Shown here one piece after another: positions 27,096-35,707 of a stretch of 59,422 bases of DNA. Source of the DNA: a virus (Duplodnaviria; Caudoviricetes); the IMG/VR virus record IMGVR_UViG_3300043442_000932, positions 1 to 59,422 of that record, one strand, 5' to 3'. Made by a program: the position numbers and the translations under genes. The notes beneath the pieces were generated by a model. It was not told where the DNA came from and did no database searches. It was given only the letters and a program-made list of their open reading frames with translations. Every line of letters starts with the position of its first letter. Position 1 is the stretch's first letter.

Positions 27096-27286
27096 TGAGA
27101 AAGATCCACTGGCCGCGATTCTTCAAGAAGTTCGCGAAAGAGACAAGCGCGCTGTCGTTCACGATCGCAAGCAGCGTCATCGTGTTCGTCACCCTGTCGG
27201 GAGACACGCGCAAGATCGCGATCATTGCTACCGTCGCCGCGCTTGTTGTCCACTACATCCACGTGATGCTGGAGAATGACGAGTAA
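27095..27286 (+). CDS. small 2-TM membrane protein
   Basis: TAATG coupling; LSFTIASSVIVFVTLSGDTRKIAII. Confidence 0.7.
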   Translation: MRKIHWPRFFKKFAKETSALSFTIASSVIVFVTLSGDTRKIAIIATVAALVVHYIHVMLENDE

Positions 27287-27497
27287 GCTTAGGCGTCTCG
27301 CTCTGCAATACTTCAGAGATCTAGTCTCTCGAGAGCGGTACGTCATACTCATGATGCTCCTTCTCTCGGCGGTGACCTCCGGCAAGTTGAAACTTATAGT
27401 CACGCTTGCTGCTTCAGCATCTCTTGTGATCTGGACGATTCTCTGGGTTCTTGAGAAGATCTTCGAGGAAGATCAAGACTCTTCATCACAGTTATAA
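27276..27497 (+). CDS. small 2-TM membrane protein
   Basis: 73 aa, two hydrophobic stretches. Confidence 0.6.
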   Translation: MTSKLRRLALQYFRDLVSRERYVILMMLLLSAVTSGKLKLIVTLAASASLVIWTILWVLEKIFEEDQDSSSQL

Positions 27498-27586
27498 CGA
27501 CGCTGAAAGTTCCTTGTATAATGAACGCACGGCCTGTTCCTGTAGGTCGCACAACAACCCCTAACTAACAAGGAACAACGACAACA

Positions 27587-28063
27587 ATGCCAACAGATAC
27601 AGACATCGTCAAGGCGTACGCCAAGAAGATTCGCCCGCTTCTCCCAGAGGCGCAGCGCGCGTACGGCGCACGCAACCAAGACACTCCGTACCACCAGGCC
27701 AGCCGCGAGTACAGCAGGCTCTTGGTCGAGTACGCTAAGGACGGCGGAAGCTTGATCTCGCTCGCCGAAGAGCTCGGCGTCTCGTACGCCGGACTTCGTC
27801 GCCGCGTCCAGACGTTCGACCTTCCGGTCAACGACTTCACCGCGAACCCAGAAGCCGACGTAGACGCTCACATCGCTACGATCGAGACAGCCAAGGAAGA
27901 AGGCGCGTCTCAGTACCACGAGGCTCTCTACAACGCGTACAAGGACGGCGTCTCGCTGTCCGAGATCGCTCGTCAGCTCGACATCACCAACTCGTACCCG
28001 CTCTACTACGGTGTCCAGCGACACCAGAAGAAGCTGCAGGGCAAGCACCTGAAGCGCCGATAA
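27587..28063 (+). CDS. tandem HTH DNA-binding protein
   Basis: GGSLISLAEELGVSYAGLRRR and GVSLSEIARQLDIT; TATAAT at ~27517 upstream. Confidence 0.75.
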   Translation: MPTDTDIVKAYAKKIRPLLPEAQRAYGARNQDTPYHQASREYSRLLVEYAKDGGSLISLAEELGVSYAGLRRRVQTFDLPVNDFTANPEADVDAHIATIETAKEEGASQYHEALYNAYKDGVSLSEIARQLDITNSYPLYYGVQRHQKKLQGKHLKRR

Positions 28064-28161
28064 CATGATCGACGCCGGAAAGAAGCTGCCGTACTGCCCC
28101 TGCGCCGAAGACGAAAAGATCTGGGCGATGCTGTCGCACCCGATCTGCGAAGGAGGCCGAG

Positions 28162-28383
28162 ATGACGACGACTGAGCAAGACCGAGCCGAGTTGACGTAC
28201 ACCGTCATCTACAGGCAGGTCTACGGCGCGCTGCAGAAAGACGGCCACCCTCACGAGAAGACGCACCGCTCGGCGATCCAGATCACCGACGCGCTGTGGT
28301 TCATGTACACCGAGTCTCGCTCGATGGCCATTCCGGCCACCGAGAGCGTCATCGTTGACATCGTCCTCAAGAGCTTCAACTGA
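28162..28383 (+). CDS. hypothetical protein
   Basis: 73 aa; RBS AGGAGG. Confidence 0.65.
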   Translation: MTTTEQDRAELTYTVIYRQVYGALQKDGHPHEKTHRSAIQITDALWFMYTESRSMAIPATESVIVDIVLKSFN

Positions 28384-28568
28384 TGGTCAATCCCCCGACG
28401 GGACCGGTCTGCGAGCTCTGCAAGACGACAATCGACGTAGCAGGAAAAGACGGCTGGTACGGGGTCGGTGGAGTCTGGGCGCCAGGCCAGAAGTACGTCT
28501 CGCTGTGCAACACCAAAGACAGAGACTGTTTTACGCAATGGTCGGTGCACGGAGTCCGTCCTTCTTAG
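28383..28568 (+). CDS. small Cys-containing protein
   Basis: 61 aa; TGATG coupling; CELC...C...C. Confidence 0.6.
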   Translation: MVNPPTGPVCELCKTTIDVAGKDGWYGVGGVWAPGQKYVSLCNTKDRDCFTQWSVHGVRPS

Positions 28569-28607
28569 TATACAGTAATAAGCAACTACGAACGACAAGG
28601 AGAGGCG

Positions 28608-29429
28608 ATGATGAACGCGCATAGCTACGGCGACGGTCTTGACATGTTTGACAAAGAAGTCGGAATCATTCCTCCGACACCGACCGAGCGCGGCGCGTTC
28701 GTCAAGATTCCAGAGGCGTACTCGGCGATGCTCGAGGTCTCGATGAAGTACGGGTATCTGGTCGGATACGCTCAAGAGCAAGACGGAAAGTACATCCAGC
28801 ACGTCTATCCGGTCAAGTCATTCGAGACTGACCAGATCTCAAACTCGTCTAAGACTCAGCTTGAGCTTCACACCGAGACGGCGTTTCACCCGTATCGTCC
28901 CGACTACATCGTCCTCGGCTGCCTGCGTGGAGACAAGGCGGCCAAGACGACCTACGCTCACGTAGACACCATCGTGTCGTTCCTCGACAGCAAGACCGTC
29001 GACACCCTGACTCGTCCAGAGTTCATCACTACCGTCGACCAAAGCTTCCGGCTTCACGGCGAGCCAGACCAAGAGGTCTTGCTGCCGATCTTGACGACAG
29101 ACAAAGACACCGGCCGATGGCGAATGACCTTCGACAAGTCCACGATGCGAGGCACAAACCCGGAAGCTCAGCGCGCTCTTGACCTGTTTGCAAAGGCTGT
29201 TGAACCTTGCGTCAGAGAGATCTCTCTCCAGCGCGGCGATTTCTTGGTCATCGACAACTCTAAGATCGTCCACGGTCGCACGCCGTTCCCGGCTCGCTAC
29301 GACGGAACAGACCGCTGGCTGATCCGCGGCCTGGTCCGCAAGGAGCTTCCGCCGTTCAACGAGCGTGAGGGCTCGGTAATCACGACGACTCGTTTCTCGA
29401 GGCAAGAGCCTGAACTTCAGTCTGCCTAG
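28608..29429 (+). CDS. 2OG-Fe(II) dioxygenase, clavaminate synthase / AsnO (TauD-TfdA) like
   Basis: HTETAFH (HxE), PDY..L.CLRGD, GDFLVIDN...HGR..F..RYDGTDRWL.R. Confidence 0.88.
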   Translation: MMNAHSYGDGLDMFDKEVGIIPPTPTERGAFVKIPEAYSAMLEVSMKYGYLVGYAQEQDGKYIQHVYPVKSFETDQISNSSKTQLELHTETAFHPYRPDYIVLGCLRGDKAAKTTYAHVDTIVSFLDSKTVDTLTRPEFITTVDQSFRLHGEPDQEVLLPILTTDKDTGRWRMTFDKSTMRGTNPEAQRALDLFAKAVEPCVREISLQRGDFLVIDNSKIVHGRTPFPARYDGTDRWLIRGLVRKELPPFNEREGSVITTTRFSRQEPELQSA

Positions 29430-29526
29430 CGGCGGCTGATTCTATACCTCTATCAAGAGGCTATTTCTGTGTGTCACTCGTGCTTGTGACCTTTGTCTAG
29501 GATGAGACCAAGGCAAGGAGAGTCAC

Positions 29527-29850
29527 ATGAAGACTAAAAGCAAGAAAGCCAAGAAGAAGACGATCAACGACCTGTACCCGATCATCGTGCACCAGTCTCG
29601 GTATTCAGGAGTGTACGAAGGCGGAAAGTGGTTCGCCACAGGCGGCGTAGATTTCGACGAGTTTGACGACAGGATGCGAGAGTACCTGCACGGCGACGAC
29701 ACGGACGCGGTAGACTTCTGGTACTCAGCGGAGGCCAATGTCATAGGCGTCGGAGACGATCCTCAGAGCGCGGTCGTTGACCTACTCGTGAGGAATGGCG
29801 TTGATGACGAGCTAGAAGGCGTGGAGATCACTCCCACATATCGCGATTAG
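29527..29850 (+). CDS. hypothetical protein
   Basis: YPIIV.QSRYSGVYEGGKWFA; RBS AAGGAG. Confidence 0.75.
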   Translation: MKTKSKKAKKKTINDLYPIIVHQSRYSGVYEGGKWFATGGVDFDEFDDRMREYLHGDDTDAVDFWYSAEANVIGVGDDPQSAVVDLLVRNGVDDELEGVEITPTYRD

Positions 29851-30036
29851 GCAGCGTCAGGTCTTTTCGCATCTGCCAAAGCTTGTAGACAAGAGTCACA
29901 GCAATGGCAGGCAGAAAGACGAAGAACGCTATAAGCGTTGTGGCGTCACGCTTTTTATCGAAGTCCATCGTTCTATCCTTTCTTTTTGTAGATTTTCAGA
30001 GTAACTTGTTTTCCGGCGATCTTTTAGAATAACAAG

Positions 30037-30195
30037 ATGCCATTTCTCATCTTATTCACGATCATCATGCTCGCCACCGCGTTCCACAAGCTTGTTCTTA
30101 TGCGAGCTGTCAACGACTACCACTACAGCAACGACCGGTCAAAGCGCAGCAAACAGCAAGAGATACTAGACCGTCACGGCTACTGGGCGCGCTAG
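30037..30195 (+). CDS. small membrane protein
   Basis: 52 aa MPFLILFTIIMLATAFHKLVL... Confidence 0.45.
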   Translation: MPFLILFTIIMLATAFHKLVLMRAVNDYHYSNDRSKRSKQQEILDRHGYWAR

Positions 30196-30398
30196 TCGGA
30201 GCCCGAGACCATCTCTTCAAGGTCGATCACCAGGATCTGGCGGACATCAAGTAACAAGTCCGTCATCTCGGCAGACGACACTAGGTCTCTTCCGCTTACC
30301 TCAACAAGCGCTTTGTCGATTCGCTCAACGGCCATCGCGTTTGTGACCAGCACGATCTGCTCGAGCGCTTCTTCCGCTTCTTGAAGCTCAGTCATCAT
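30192..30398 (-). CDS. hypothetical protein
   Basis: 68 aa; IDKAL..VSGRDLVSSAEMTDLLLDVR. Confidence 0.65.
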   Translation of the reverse strand: MMTELQEAEEALEQIVLVTNAMAVERIDKALVEVSGRDLVSSAEMTDLLLDVRQILVIDLEEMVSGSD

Positions 30399-30499
30399 GC
30401 GACTATTCTATCTATCAATGTCGTAGTATTGACTCAAACGTCCCACCCCGTTGACAAGGATCCTCCAGGTCCTTCCGAGAGGATAGGCGGGGTGGTCGC

Positions 30500-30910
30500 T
30501 TACTTGCCTGCCGACTTAGCTCTGCGTTGACGCAAAAGCTCGAAGTCTTTTACCTTCGTGTCGCCCATGTACTCCCAAGCGTATCCGTCAGCAATCAACG
30601 CATGATTGACTGACTTGTCTGCTCCGTCTAAGAACAACCAGCCAAGAATGCGACCGTACTTCTCAGACGAGTCAGGTTTTTCCGTGCGAATGACGATTGA
30701 CGTTGCGGAGTCGATCAGCTTCTTTAGACGGTCTTTTACCTCAAGTCCAAGGACTTTTTCTTGCTTGTCGGTCGTCCGAGACTCTGGAGTGTCGATGCCA
30801 GCGAGACGGACTCGCTGAGTGTAAGAGATATCAAACCCAAGATCAATGTCAACATCAATTGTGTCTCCGTCAACTACCTTGAGGACTTTCTTGACTCTGT
30901 ACTCGTACAT
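30500..30910 (-). CDS. thermonuclease (SNase-like) family protein
   Basis: KVVDGDTIDV.IDLGF...RVRLAGIDTPESRT...KYGRILG...GYA. Confidence 0.9.
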   Translation of the reverse strand: MYEYRVKKVLKVVDGDTIDVDIDLGFDISYTQRVRLAGIDTPESRTTDKQEKVLGLEVKDRLKKLIDSATSIVIRTEKPDSSEKYGRILGWLFLDGADKSVNHALIADGYAWEYMGDTKVKDFELLRQRRAKSAGK

Positions 30911-30911
30911 G

Positions 30912-31166
30912 TCACTTGTCGTCGCAAGAGCAGTTATCGCAGTGATCGCCAGATTTCTTAGTACCTTTGGCACCGAAGTATCCACCAAGGATACCGATGA
31001 CACCACCAAGCGCCGTCTGGACCAGAGTCATTACTTCTGCGGATACATCAACGGCTTCGCCAGTTCTCATTGTTTCAATTCCAGCGACTACGTAGTCACC
31101 GACAATTGCAGTGATGATCGCGACTCCAACCATCATTGATAGAAGCCACATTGTCTTATCCTTCAT
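30912..31166 (-). CDS. 2-TM membrane protein
   Basis: 84 aa; two hydrophobic helices, GGVIGILGGYFG. Confidence 0.7.
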   Translation of the reverse strand: MKDKTMWLLSMMVGVAIITAIVGDYVVAGIETMRTGEAVDVSAEVMTLVQTALGGVIGILGGYFGAKGTKKSGDHCDNCSCDDK

Positions 31167-31443
31167 TGCTGATCTCCTCTTCTGGGTCTTCTTGCTTGTT
31201 TCGGCCGGTCGAGATCATCAATCCGGCAAGAGTTCCTGTGATGAACGTCGCAACTGATGACAGCACACCAAAGAACATCTTGTCATTTTCAGCCTGTGCT
31301 CCGATGGGTTGCGTTACAAACACAAGCGCGTACAAGACGCCGATTGTCGTGATTGTCAGCACGGCAGCCAGCACACAGCCGACGACGAACTTCAACCTCG
31401 CGTCGAGGTCTTCGGGCGTCATTCTTTGCTTGTTCTTTCTCAT
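31156..31443 (-). CDS. 2-TM membrane protein
   Basis: LYALVFVTQP...QAEND..FF..LS.VATFITGTLAG. Confidence 0.75.
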   Translation of the reverse strand: MRKNKQRMTPEDLDARLKFVVGCVLAAVLTITTIGVLYALVFVTQPIGAQAENDKMFFGVLSSVATFITGTLAGLMISTGRNKQEDPEEEISNEG

Positions 31444-31679
31444 GGCTGCCCTTCTTCTGCTGGCACAGTTTCACTTGTTACGTTTGTTTCACTTGGCGGG
31501 TTCTTTGGGTCGAACCCGATCAGCGTCTCCGTGCACATTCCGTCTACAAGACAGATCGGCGGATTGCATTCATCTGCATCCCAGTTCTCTGGGTCTTGAC
31601 ACTCATAGCGGTATTTGCCGTCGTATCCGCATCCTCCTAAGACTAGGACGATAGCCGCCGCGGCAAGAACGCGCCTCAC
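31440..31679 (-). CDS. small lipoprotein
   Basis: Lipobox VLGGC followed by GYDGKYRYECQDP.NW...ECNPP.C. Confidence 0.75.
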   Translation of the reverse strand: MRRVLAAAAIVLVLGGCGYDGKYRYECQDPENWDADECNPPICLVDGMCTETLIGFDPKNPPSETNVTSETVPAEEGQP

Positions 31680-31987
31680 AGCGCCTGCTGTTCTGTGCTT
31701 TCGGATACATACTCCGCAGGAGCCTCGACAATTTCTGGCTCAGCGCTCTTAGCAGGCTGCTTGCCGACCTTGTCGAACACCGCGTTGATCTCGTCCAGAC
31801 TGAGCTTGCCGTCGTCCAAGAACGCGCGTGACAGTCCTTCGATGACTGTAGCGACTCCGCCGATTCCGGCCATGAAGATCGCTTGCCACAGCGGCACACC
31901 TGCGATTGTTCCAGCGCCTATGACGCCAAGTCCGGACGCCGCGAAGGTCGCGATAATCCTGAGGATGATGTTCTTGATCTGTTCCAC
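31676..31987 (-). CDS. holin-like membrane protein
   Basis: RIIATFAASGLGVIGAG...RAFLDDGKLSLDEIN. Confidence 0.65.
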   Translation of the reverse strand: MEQIKNIILRIIATFAASGLGVIGAGTIAGVPLWQAIFMAGIGGVATVIEGLSRAFLDDGKLSLDEINAVFDKVGKQPAKSAEPEIVEAPAEYVSESTEQQAL

Positions 31988-32109
31988 ATAGCCTCCAACA
32001 GAAGTTTGCGCCCTCTGATAGAGGCTCCCCAGCCTCGGTCTCCATAGTAACCTATCCGTCGGTTTTTGATACTAAGACCAATAACCGCCGCGGAAAGTTA
32101 CAGATAGAT

Positions 32110-32283
32110 CTATTTCCTGCCCCTGTTGTACCGGTTGGCTTCCTTGCAGGCGTCGCAAGTCACGTTAGCCTCGTTGAACGTCACCCACTCGGTGTCAGCC
32201 TCAACGCCGCAGAGAGTCATGTAGTTGCCTCCCCAGCCGCCCACGGACAGGTGCACGATCGCGTAGATCTCGTTACTTGGCAT
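32110..32283 (-). CDS. small zinc-binding protein
   Basis: 57 aa MPSNEIYAIVHLS...TLCG...VTCDAC; overlaps the nrdJ end. Confidence 0.5.
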   Translation of the reverse strand: MPSNEIYAIVHLSVGGWGGNYMTLCGVEADTEWVTFNEANVTCDACKEANRYNRGRK

Positions 32284-34324
32284 TTTCTTTCACGAACTTT
32301 ATCTCACAAGAGTCCGTCGTGCAGTATGACTCTCCGATCGCGTCTGCAGCCATTCCCGCGTATACTCCAGAGAAGTCGATCGGGAACAAAGCCGTCTTAG
32401 CGGCGACGTACTCGTCTTTAGTGATCTGCGTGTACGGCATCTGCGGGTACGTCTCGTTGCCGCTCGGCAAGAACGACACCGTCTTGAGTTGACCGTCGTA
32501 CATGTGCAAGACGGTTCCGACATGGTCGGCCTCGGTCTCTTTGTCAAAAGAGATCGTCACGGACACCGAGTTGTCGGACCAGTACCGCTGCGCGGTCGCT
32601 GCCAGCGACATCTTCTCGAAGATCGTCACGTCTTTTTCCGAGCGCTTCGCGACAGATTCAATCGGGAAGAAGACCACCGATGTTGTATTCGGCGATTCTG
32701 ACGCTTGCTCCACCCGGTAGTTAGCCATTCGGAAGAGCGGAAGCATCGGGTCATCGTTCGCGAACCTGATCGCTCTCATGAAGTATTGTCCGCCCGGAGT
32801 CCAGTGCACTCCCGGCGATTCTCCAGCAAGTATCGACACCGTGCCAGACGGCTTGACGGTAGTCATCTTGATCGACTCGCGGATTCCCATCCACTCTGAG
32901 TAGACGTTATCATACCGCTGGATCGTCTTGTATCCAGAATCCATCCAGTCTCTGAGGACCGGCAGACCGTGGATGTCAGCGAAGTTGGCGACGCCAGACA
33001 TCGACGTTCCGATGCGGCGGTTTCGTTGCATGATTGCATTGGTCTCCTCCCAGTGCGTCGGTAGGAGAGTCACGGTCTTCGCGTACAGGTAAGCAAACTT
33101 CAGCGTTCGCTTGTAATCTTCAAGGCTGTCGTGCCTGTTCAAGTATGTCTCGACCAAGGTGCAGCACTCGTACGACTCGAGCGACTGCTCGGCGCACGGG
33201 TTGTATCCGACCACTCTGTGATCTTTGTTGTTCGGTGGATCGACAAGTCGTCCGTACTTGCGGCTCATGTCTAGCCAAATGACGCCTGGCTCACCGTTCA
33301 GCTTGATGCCCTCGACGATAGAGTCAAGGTCTTCACCTACTGAAGTAAGCACCGAGTTGTTCGACATCCAGCCCCAGCCTGGAGAACTCGCGTCATAAGA
33401 GTTGCGCTCAGGAAACGCCTTCGGGTTCTTGAGATTCAAGAAGTCATTGTCGTTGATGCTGCCGATCAGCAGCTCTGCCGAGCGTCGGACGTTGCCAGAT
33501 ACGACGCACACGCCGATCAAGTTGCCGATGTCGGCGATGTCGACCTTTGTGAGCGGCTGTCCAGCTCTCCCGTCAAACAGTCTGCGGATGTGGTTGTGCA
33601 GACGCTCAAGCGGCTCGTGCCCAGCGGCGGTTCCGCCGAACGTCTTGATCGGCGTTCCTGCCGGACGCACGTATTGGTAATCGAAGTCGATCTTGTTCAT
33701 CTCTGGCTTCAAGTACGAGTTCAGCAACAGTACAACAGACTCAACCCAGCCTTCGCGAGTGTCTGGGACCTCGTACACGTACGTGCCGACCGACCCAGGC
33801 TTGTAGATCGTGAACTCTTTCTCTGCTCCAAGGTTGTCGAATCCGACGCCTACGCCGAGCATCGACGCCTCCATCAAGAAAGCGAACGGCTTTGCAGGGT
33901 TCGCCTTCGTCATGTCGGCGGTCGAAACGAACGCGCAGTTTTGAAGAGCGGCAGAGTTGCGCTGGTCGTTCACAAGCGGCGTGCCCATGACCCAAAGTCC
34001 ACGGCCAGGCGGCGTCCACTTGAGATGGAACATTCTGTCGAAAGCTTCTTTCGCAGACGCTTGTCCCTTGCTGTCGTTCCAAGGCAGACGGTTTGTCTTG
34101 CAGTGGTCTTTCTGAAGTGAGTACATGCCGTTGATGACGCGCTCGCACACGTCGGCCCATGTCTCTTTTGTGCCGTCTTCCTTCAACCGAGAGTACGTGC
34201 GCAAGAACGTGATCTCACCCACAGAGTTTCCACCCGCGTCACGGTAGCCGAACGGCGCGGGCCTGTCACGGTACTCGTTGACAAACTCCGGCGAAAGACG
34301 GAAAGAGAACAAAGACATAGTCAT
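32273..34324 (-). CDS. nrdJ: class II (adenosylcobalamin-dependent) ribonucleotide reductase, monomeric type
   Basis: RTYSR, PPGRGLW, NC, GNVRRSAE, NPCAEQ, TVKPSGT, C-terminal YCTTDSC redox pair. Confidence 0.95.
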   Translation of the reverse strand: MTMSLFSFRLSPEFVNEYRDRPAPFGYRDAGGNSVGEITFLRTYSRLKEDGTKETWADVCERVINGMYSLQKDHCKTNRLPWNDSKGQASAKEAFDRMFHLKWTPPGRGLWVMGTPLVNDQRNSAALQNCAFVSTADMTKANPAKPFAFLMEASMLGVGVGFDNLGAEKEFTIYKPGSVGTYVYEVPDTREGWVESVVLLLNSYLKPEMNKIDFDYQYVRPAGTPIKTFGGTAAGHEPLERLHNHIRRLFDGRAGQPLTKVDIADIGNLIGVCVVSGNVRRSAELLIGSINDNDFLNLKNPKAFPERNSYDASSPGWGWMSNNSVLTSVGEDLDSIVEGIKLNGEPGVIWLDMSRKYGRLVDPPNNKDHRVVGYNPCAEQSLESYECCTLVETYLNRHDSLEDYKRTLKFAYLYAKTVTLLPTHWEETNAIMQRNRRIGTSMSGVANFADIHGLPVLRDWMDSGYKTIQRYDNVYSEWMGIRESIKMTTVKPSGTVSILAGESPGVHWTPGGQYFMRAIRFANDDPMLPLFRMANYRVEQASESPNTTSVVFFPIESVAKRSEKDVTIFEKMSLAATAQRYWSDNSVSVTISFDKETEADHVGTVLHMYDGQLKTVSFLPSGNETYPQMPYTQITKDEYVAAKTALFPIDFSGVYAGMAADAIGESYCTTDSCEIKFVKENAK

Positions 34325-34346
34325 GGCTGATTACTACTCCCTACAG

Positions 34347-34559
34347 TTATTGAAGCTGTTCGTATATTTGTTTGCAGCGCTCGCAGACTGGAAAGCCATC
34401 TGGGTCTCTTGTTGGTACCCATATCTTTCCGCAGAGAGCGACAATAGGAACGCCTGTAACGACGGCTTCTACGATGTCTGCTTTGTCTGCGTAGTGAGCG
34501 AACTTGTCGTGATCGCCAGAAACGTATGCTTTAGTGTCTGTGCTCTCTGCGACTTTCAC
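34347..34559 (-). CDS. DUF3039-like actinobacterial protein
   Basis: GDHDKFAHY..K..IVEA.VTG.P..ALCGK.W.P.RDP..FPVC..CK.IYE. Confidence 0.85.
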   Translation of the reverse strand: MKVAESTDTKAYVSGDHDKFAHYADKADIVEAVVTGVPIVALCGKIWVPTRDPDGFPVCERCKQIYEQLQ

Positions 34560-34568
34560 CTACATATT

Positions 34569-35366
34569 TTATCTTTGACAGGTAGGACACCAGTAGAGAG
34601 TCCGTGAATCAAGTTCTGTTTCTTTTACTTCTGTCATACAGAGACGGCACGACTGACGTTGCCGTTTATAGACGTAGCTGAACTGAGAACAACCGTGTAA
34701 TTTGACTTCGTCTTCGCCCAAGTGCTCGGGCGCCACCGTGCGAATCTTGCCGTCGGTCGACCCATCTCGAAGAAGAATAGAAGCGTTCCGCCATATCTCA
34801 TCGAACTTCTCGCGTTGCATCTGCATACCGGGAATAAATGGATCAAGACGAGACAAGAATAACAGCTCGGCACGGTACACGTTTCCGATCCCAGCGATCA
34901 CGGATTGATCCATCAACAGTCCCGCGATGGTACGCTTCGACTTCACGATCTTCTTCCAAGCCTGTTCTGGGTCTGCGTCGTCGTGTATCGGATCAGGTCC
35001 AAGCCTCTTCTTTATCGCGCTCACTCCCGCGTCGTCAAGCAGTTCACACGCTGTCGGCGCTACCAGGTCCGAGATGTAGATGTCGTGTTGCAGTCGCAAC
35101 CTGGTCGAGTCTTTAGGTTTCTTGTTTGGGTTCTTTGACAGATAGAACCACCCATACAGTCCAAGATGCACGTGCACGGTCTGCCCGGTGTCAAAGTGCA
35201 AGAACAGATGTTTGCCGTGCGCTGTCGTATTATTCAATATACGATTGTCGATATTCTTCGCCTCGTCCGCGAACCGCCCCTGCGGACTAGAAGCTCTCAC
35301 TGTCTTCCCAGCGAAAGCTCCCTCATGTATCGTCGCCAGGTGTCGTATTGAATGTCCTTCAGGCAT
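34569..35366 (-). CDS. nei: Fpg/Nei family DNA glycosylase
   Basis: Catalytic N-terminal MPEGH, GKHL, HLGLYG, LGPDP, LLMDQ..IAGIGNVYR.E, zinc finger CRLC...WCPTCQ. Confidence 0.93.
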   Translation of the reverse strand: MPEGHSIRHLATIHEGAFAGKTVRASSPQGRFADEAKNIDNRILNNTTAHGKHLFLHFDTGQTVHVHLGLYGWFYLSKNPNKKPKDSTRLRLQHDIYISDLVAPTACELLDDAGVSAIKKRLGPDPIHDDADPEQAWKKIVKSKRTIAGLLMDQSVIAGIGNVYRAELLFLSRLDPFIPGMQMQREKFDEIWRNASILLRDGSTDGKIRTVAPEHLGEDEVKLHGCSQFSYVYKRQRQSCRLCMTEVKETELDSRTLYWCPTCQR

Positions 35367-35479
35367 TCTTCCTCTTTTCGTTGTTCGTCGTTTCCTTGCT
35401 ATTCTACAATAGTTACGGCGGAAAGTTTGAACTGTGATCAATGACCTACAACAGATCTATGTCATGTTACTATTGCCCT

Positions 35480-35615
35480 CGCGCCAGACGGGCTGAATGG
35501 TTGATAGGTCGTCTAGGCCGAGCGCATGTAGTAGGGCGCTCGCACCCTCTCCCAGGGGTGGCCGGCCGGGGCCGTGACGTGCGTTGTCCTTTCCGACGTC
35601 ACTGGCCCCGCCATA
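35480..35615 (+). ncRNA. putative four-hairpin small RNA (or structured leader of the endolysin gene)
   Basis: Four consecutive stems (35483-35518, 35520-35541, 35543-35560, 35568-35609); G-U pairs favour + strand; extended -10-like TGTTACTAT at 35465-35473. Confidence 0.55.
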
Positions 35616-35707
35616 AGCTCTTCTTGATCAGGAACCAAGACAGGGTTCCAGAAGTAGTTTATAGTTGCTCTTACCGTTTTTACACCCACCTCTAGGAGCT
35701 TTTCGCA

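Noticed and set aside
27503-27522. CTGAAAGTTCCTTGTATAAT as a 27th copy of the element
   Set aside because: Spacing to TATAAT differs and AAACTAAAG is absent; probably an ordinary promoter
32273-34324. Intein or intron in nrdJ
   Set aside because: Continuous ORF of normal length with no splice motifs or homing endonuclease
35480-35615. Known riboswitch (c-di-AMP, ZTP, cobalamin)
   Set aside because: I could not match the conserved cores by eye; an Rfam search is needed to exclude them formally
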